Part shown: positions 61,773 through 64,000 of the stretch, piece by piece
Numbering within the stretch: position 1 is the first letter of the stretch
How the letters are laid out: every line of letters starts with the position of its first letter
From: a candidate division WOR-3 bacterium
GTDB taxonomy: Bacteria; Hydrothermota; Tepidihabitantia; Tepidihabitantales; Tepidihabitantaceae
Assembly: GCA_965649225.1 (NCBI GenBank)
Contig: CBFGJX010000001.1
Location: 134,857-198,856, forward strand
Direction of reading: 5' to 3'
DNA: 64,000 nucleotides
Notes under the pieces: model-generated
Seen by the model: only the letters and a program-made list of their open reading frames with translations
Told to the model about the DNA's origin: nothing
Databases searched by the model: none
Translations under genes and position numbers: made by a program

Positions 61773-62390
61773 CTACATCTTTCCGGTCTTGGCAATCACG
61801 GCGTCGAGCAGTTGTGCCGACGAAGACTCCATGTCGCGCAGGTATCCGTTGATGCGTCCCTGGAACAGGATAACGACAATCGCCAGCGGCGCCGCTATCA
61901 TCAATCCCCACTTCGTCGTTATCAGCGCCTCGGAGATACCACTGGCCACAACGGTCGGGTCAACTTCACCGACCGCGGCGACCGCCCGGAAGGCGCCAAT
62001 CATGCCGGTAACCGTACCGAGGAAACCAAAAAACGGCGCCACGGTGGTCAGACCAGCCAGCAGCGGCATGCCCCGGTCAAGAAATGCCAGTTCCGAAGTG
62101 CCAGCGGCGATGATAGCATCTTCCATCGCTGTCTTGCCCATGTCGGCCTTGAGCAATGCCGCCCGCAGAACCCGGGCGACCGGATTCTTGCTCTTTTCAC
62201 ACAGAGCAAGTCCCGCCTGCACCCCTTGCTTTTCCACGGCCTGAATGACCTGCTGACTGAACTTCTTCACGTCGACATTGAGTCGGATAAACAGCGTGAA
62301 GATTCGCTCCAGCGTCAACGCAATACCGATCACAGCACATGCGAGCAGGAACCACATCGTTCCGCCGCCGGCTTGGAATTCCTGTATCAC
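61773..62390 (-). CDS. exbB: MotA/TolQ/ExbB proton channel protein
   Basis: Three TM helices and conserved TVTGMIGAF region. Confidence 0.8.
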   Translation of the reverse strand: MIQEFQAGGGTMWFLLACAVIGIALTLERIFTLFIRLNVDVKKFSQQVIQAVEKQGVQAGLALCEKSKNPVARVLRAALLKADMGKTAMEDAIIAAGTSELAFLDRGMPLLAGLTTVAPFFGFLGTVTGMIGAFRAVAAVGEVDPTVVASGISEALITTKWGLMIAAPLAIVVILFQGRINGYLRDMESSSAQLLDAVIAKTGKM

Positions 62391-62658
62391 TCAATCCTCC
62401 TTGGAATGATTCTCTACAGGACTCAGTAACCTAATTTAGCACCCCGCTGCCGGTTGTCAAGCGACAGTCTGATGCGCTGTGCCACAGACCCGGCACGGGC
62501 CACAATAATAACGACAGCGACCGGGTTGGCAAGCCCGTAATCGCCCCCGAGAGCGGCCGGTTTGACTCTCCCTGTTCTGTCGGCTATCTTCAGACTGTCG
62601 CTGCTGACCGCACCGGCACCAGCAGGCTGCGTGGTCAGCGAAGAAAAGAGGTAACCGG

Positions 62659-63969
62659 ATGTCAATCGTTCCTGCTCTTTTTCTGATTGCCGCCACAGTG
62701 TCGGGCGAGCTGCCGGCCCGGGTCAGCCAGTTCCGGCTGAAGAACGGCCTCGACGTGCTGGTCTATGTCGATTCCTCGGCCCCGGCGGTATCGGTCAACG
62801 TCTTCTACCGCATCGGTTCATACTACGAACCGACCGGCCAGACCGGCATCTCGCACATGCTTGAACACATGACCTTCAAGCGAACTGACATCTACCAGCC
62901 AGGCGACTTCGATCGGATCGTTGACGAGGCGGGCGGCAACAACAATGGTTTCACCTCCACCTTTTACTCCGGCTACTACGAAAATCTCGCCCGCGACCGC
63001 TGGGAGGTTGGAATGAAGCTCGAGGCGGCACGCATGGGACGCTGCGTCTTCGTCGATTCTGAATTCACCAGCGAACATCAGGTCGTCATTGAAGAGCGCC
63101 GGCTGGGCGACAACCGGCCGACGTCGATGCTCTGGGAACAGTTCGAGGCAACCGCCTATCTTGCCAATCCGCAGCGCAACCCGACCATCGGCTGGATGGA
63201 CGACGTCCGCCGCTTCAGGGTTGAGGCGATCCGCGACTGGTACCGCCGCTACTACAATCCTGCCAACGCAGTACTGGTTGTTGCCGGTGACGTCCGCCCT
63301 GAGGAAGTTCGCGCTCAGGCATCCAGGTACTTTGGCCGCCTGAAAGGAAACCCGATCAGCTTGCCGGATTTCTACGATTCCGAGCCCGAACAAACCGGTG
63401 AACGCCGAATTACAGTGTACCGGCGCGTCAGCCAGCCCCAGCTGATCATCGGCTACCGCTCACCCGGGGTCCGCGACAGCCTCTATTTCGCCGCCGAAGT
63501 CGCCGCCGGCATCCTCGGTTCAGGTCGAACCTCACGACTGTATCAACGGCTGGTCGTTCAGGACAAAATCGCCTCATCGGTTGCGGCCTGGAACTCGGTC
63601 CAGCGCGACCCCGGTCTGCTGATGATAAGCGTCACGCCGCTGGCCGAGAGCCTGATTCCCCATATCGAAGCTGCGATCAGCGAAGAGGTGTCCCGAATGC
63701 AGAATCAACCTGTCGGCGAACGCGAGCTGCAGCGTGTCCGCAACTCGGTAATCGCTGAGCAGTTTTTCTCCAAGGACGACATCAGTGATGTCGCTTACCT
63801 TCTCGCTCAATCTCACATCATTGAAGGTGACTGGCGCGCCTGGGCCGGTTATCCGGACCGGATTGAAGCAGTAACCGCCGCGAAGGTGCAGGATTTCTGC
63901 CAACGCCATCTGCAGCCGGAGCTTCGCACCATTGGCCTGCTGCTGTCCGACCGGGAGAAGACAAAATGA
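62659..63969 (+). CDS. M16 family zinc peptidase (pitrilysin/insulinase-like)
   Basis: Signal peptide. Inverted zinc motif HMLEHMTFK (HxxEH) with downstream Glu. Confidence 0.8.
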   Translation: MSIVPALFLIAATVSGELPARVSQFRLKNGLDVLVYVDSSAPAVSVNVFYRIGSYYEPTGQTGISHMLEHMTFKRTDIYQPGDFDRIVDEAGGNNNGFTSTFYSGYYENLARDRWEVGMKLEAARMGRCVFVDSEFTSEHQVVIEERRLGDNRPTSMLWEQFEATAYLANPQRNPTIGWMDDVRRFRVEAIRDWYRRYYNPANAVLVVAGDVRPEEVRAQASRYFGRLKGNPISLPDFYDSEPEQTGERRITVYRRVSQPQLIIGYRSPGVRDSLYFAAEVAAGILGSGRTSRLYQRLVVQDKIASSVAAWNSVQRDPGLLMISVTPLAESLIPHIEAAISEEVSRMQNQPVGERELQRVRNSVIAEQFFSKDDISDVAYLLAQSHIIEGDWRAWAGYPDRIEAVTAAKVQDFCQRHLQPELRTIGLLLSDREKTK

Positions 63970-64000
63970 AAGCAAGTCCCCGGCTGTTCTTGTGCACGAC
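63966..64000 (+). CDS. Start of next gene (likely second M16-family subunit), 3'-truncated by window edge
   Basis: ATGA overlap with the previous gene. Begins MKASPRLFLCT (signal-peptide-like). Confidence 0.3.
   Translation, partial: MKASPRLFLCT

Noticed and set aside
1-64000. CRISPR arrays, IS elements/transposases, integrases, restriction-modification or other defence-island signatures
   Set aside because: No direct-repeat/spacer arrays, inverted terminal repeats or transposase/integrase-like ORFs were seen. GC content appears uniform with no obvious foreign island.

Overview
High-GC (about 60%) bacterial chromosome segment, densely coding, with no mobile elements or CRISPR arrays detected. 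C-terminal sorting domains of the T9SS/FlgD type, PorV/FadL-like barrels, a tandem-exbD TonB system, an anaerobe oxidative-stress island and 2-oxoacid:ferredoxin oxidoreductase suggest an anaerobic member of the FCB superphylum or a related candidate lineage. Canonical TTGACA-N16/17-TATAAT promoters argue against Bacteroidetes proper.

Layout from left to right:
- 1-8300: a 5'-partial LarA-like gene; an NHL-repeat secreted protein followed by a PorV/FadL-like outer-membrane barrel; a dolichol-kinase-like membrane protein; a PpiD/SurA-like parvulin chaperone; a transglutaminase-like lipoprotein.
- 8355-9751: tRNA-Leu(CAA), an endonuclease/exonuclease/phosphatase (EEP) lipoprotein and tRNA-Glu(CTC).
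- 9829-17079 (minus strand): ribosomal S10-spc operon running rpsJ to rplF with its promoter; it stops abruptly after L6.
- 17248-22352: TMTC-like membrane/TPR protein, tRNA-Leu(TAG), tig-clpP-clpX.
- 22357-26811 (minus): oxidative-stress island hrb-fprA-ferritin-dfx-(desulforedoxin-rubredoxin-like fusion)-tpx-rubrerythrin.
- 26923-27274: tmRNA (ssrA).
- 27504-30442: six tightly coupled genes nifS-nifU-(Cys-rich zinc-ribbon ORF)-glutaredoxin-like-(ferredoxin:thioredoxin-reductase catalytic domain fused to rubredoxin)-ykoF.
- 31001-42299: gate-domain membrane protein, lpxH-like, an aminoglycoside-phosphotransferase-like/P-loop kinase fusion, 4-subunit 2-oxoacid:ferredoxin oxidoreductase, aldehyde dehydrogenase, LOG-ade-hpt, tRNA-Pro(CGG), pcm.
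- 42356-49219: rpmH-rnpA-yidD-yidC-jag-mnmE, a Usp-like ORF, ptsN, argS.
- 49509-62390 (minus): xthA, then a long unit exbB-exbD-exbD-tonB-(BNR protein with T9SS C-terminal domain)-lipoprotein-TonB-dependent receptor-(998-aa orphan with C-terminal domain)-PorV-like barrel.
- 62659-64000: M16 peptidase and the start of a second gene.

The parts I think most worth follow-up are the repeated cargo-plus-PorV-like module, the nifS...FTR-rubredoxin redox operon, the several rubredoxin-domain fusions, a C4 zinc-ribbon variant of ribosomal protein uL24, and the spc operon break at a tRNA-Glu.
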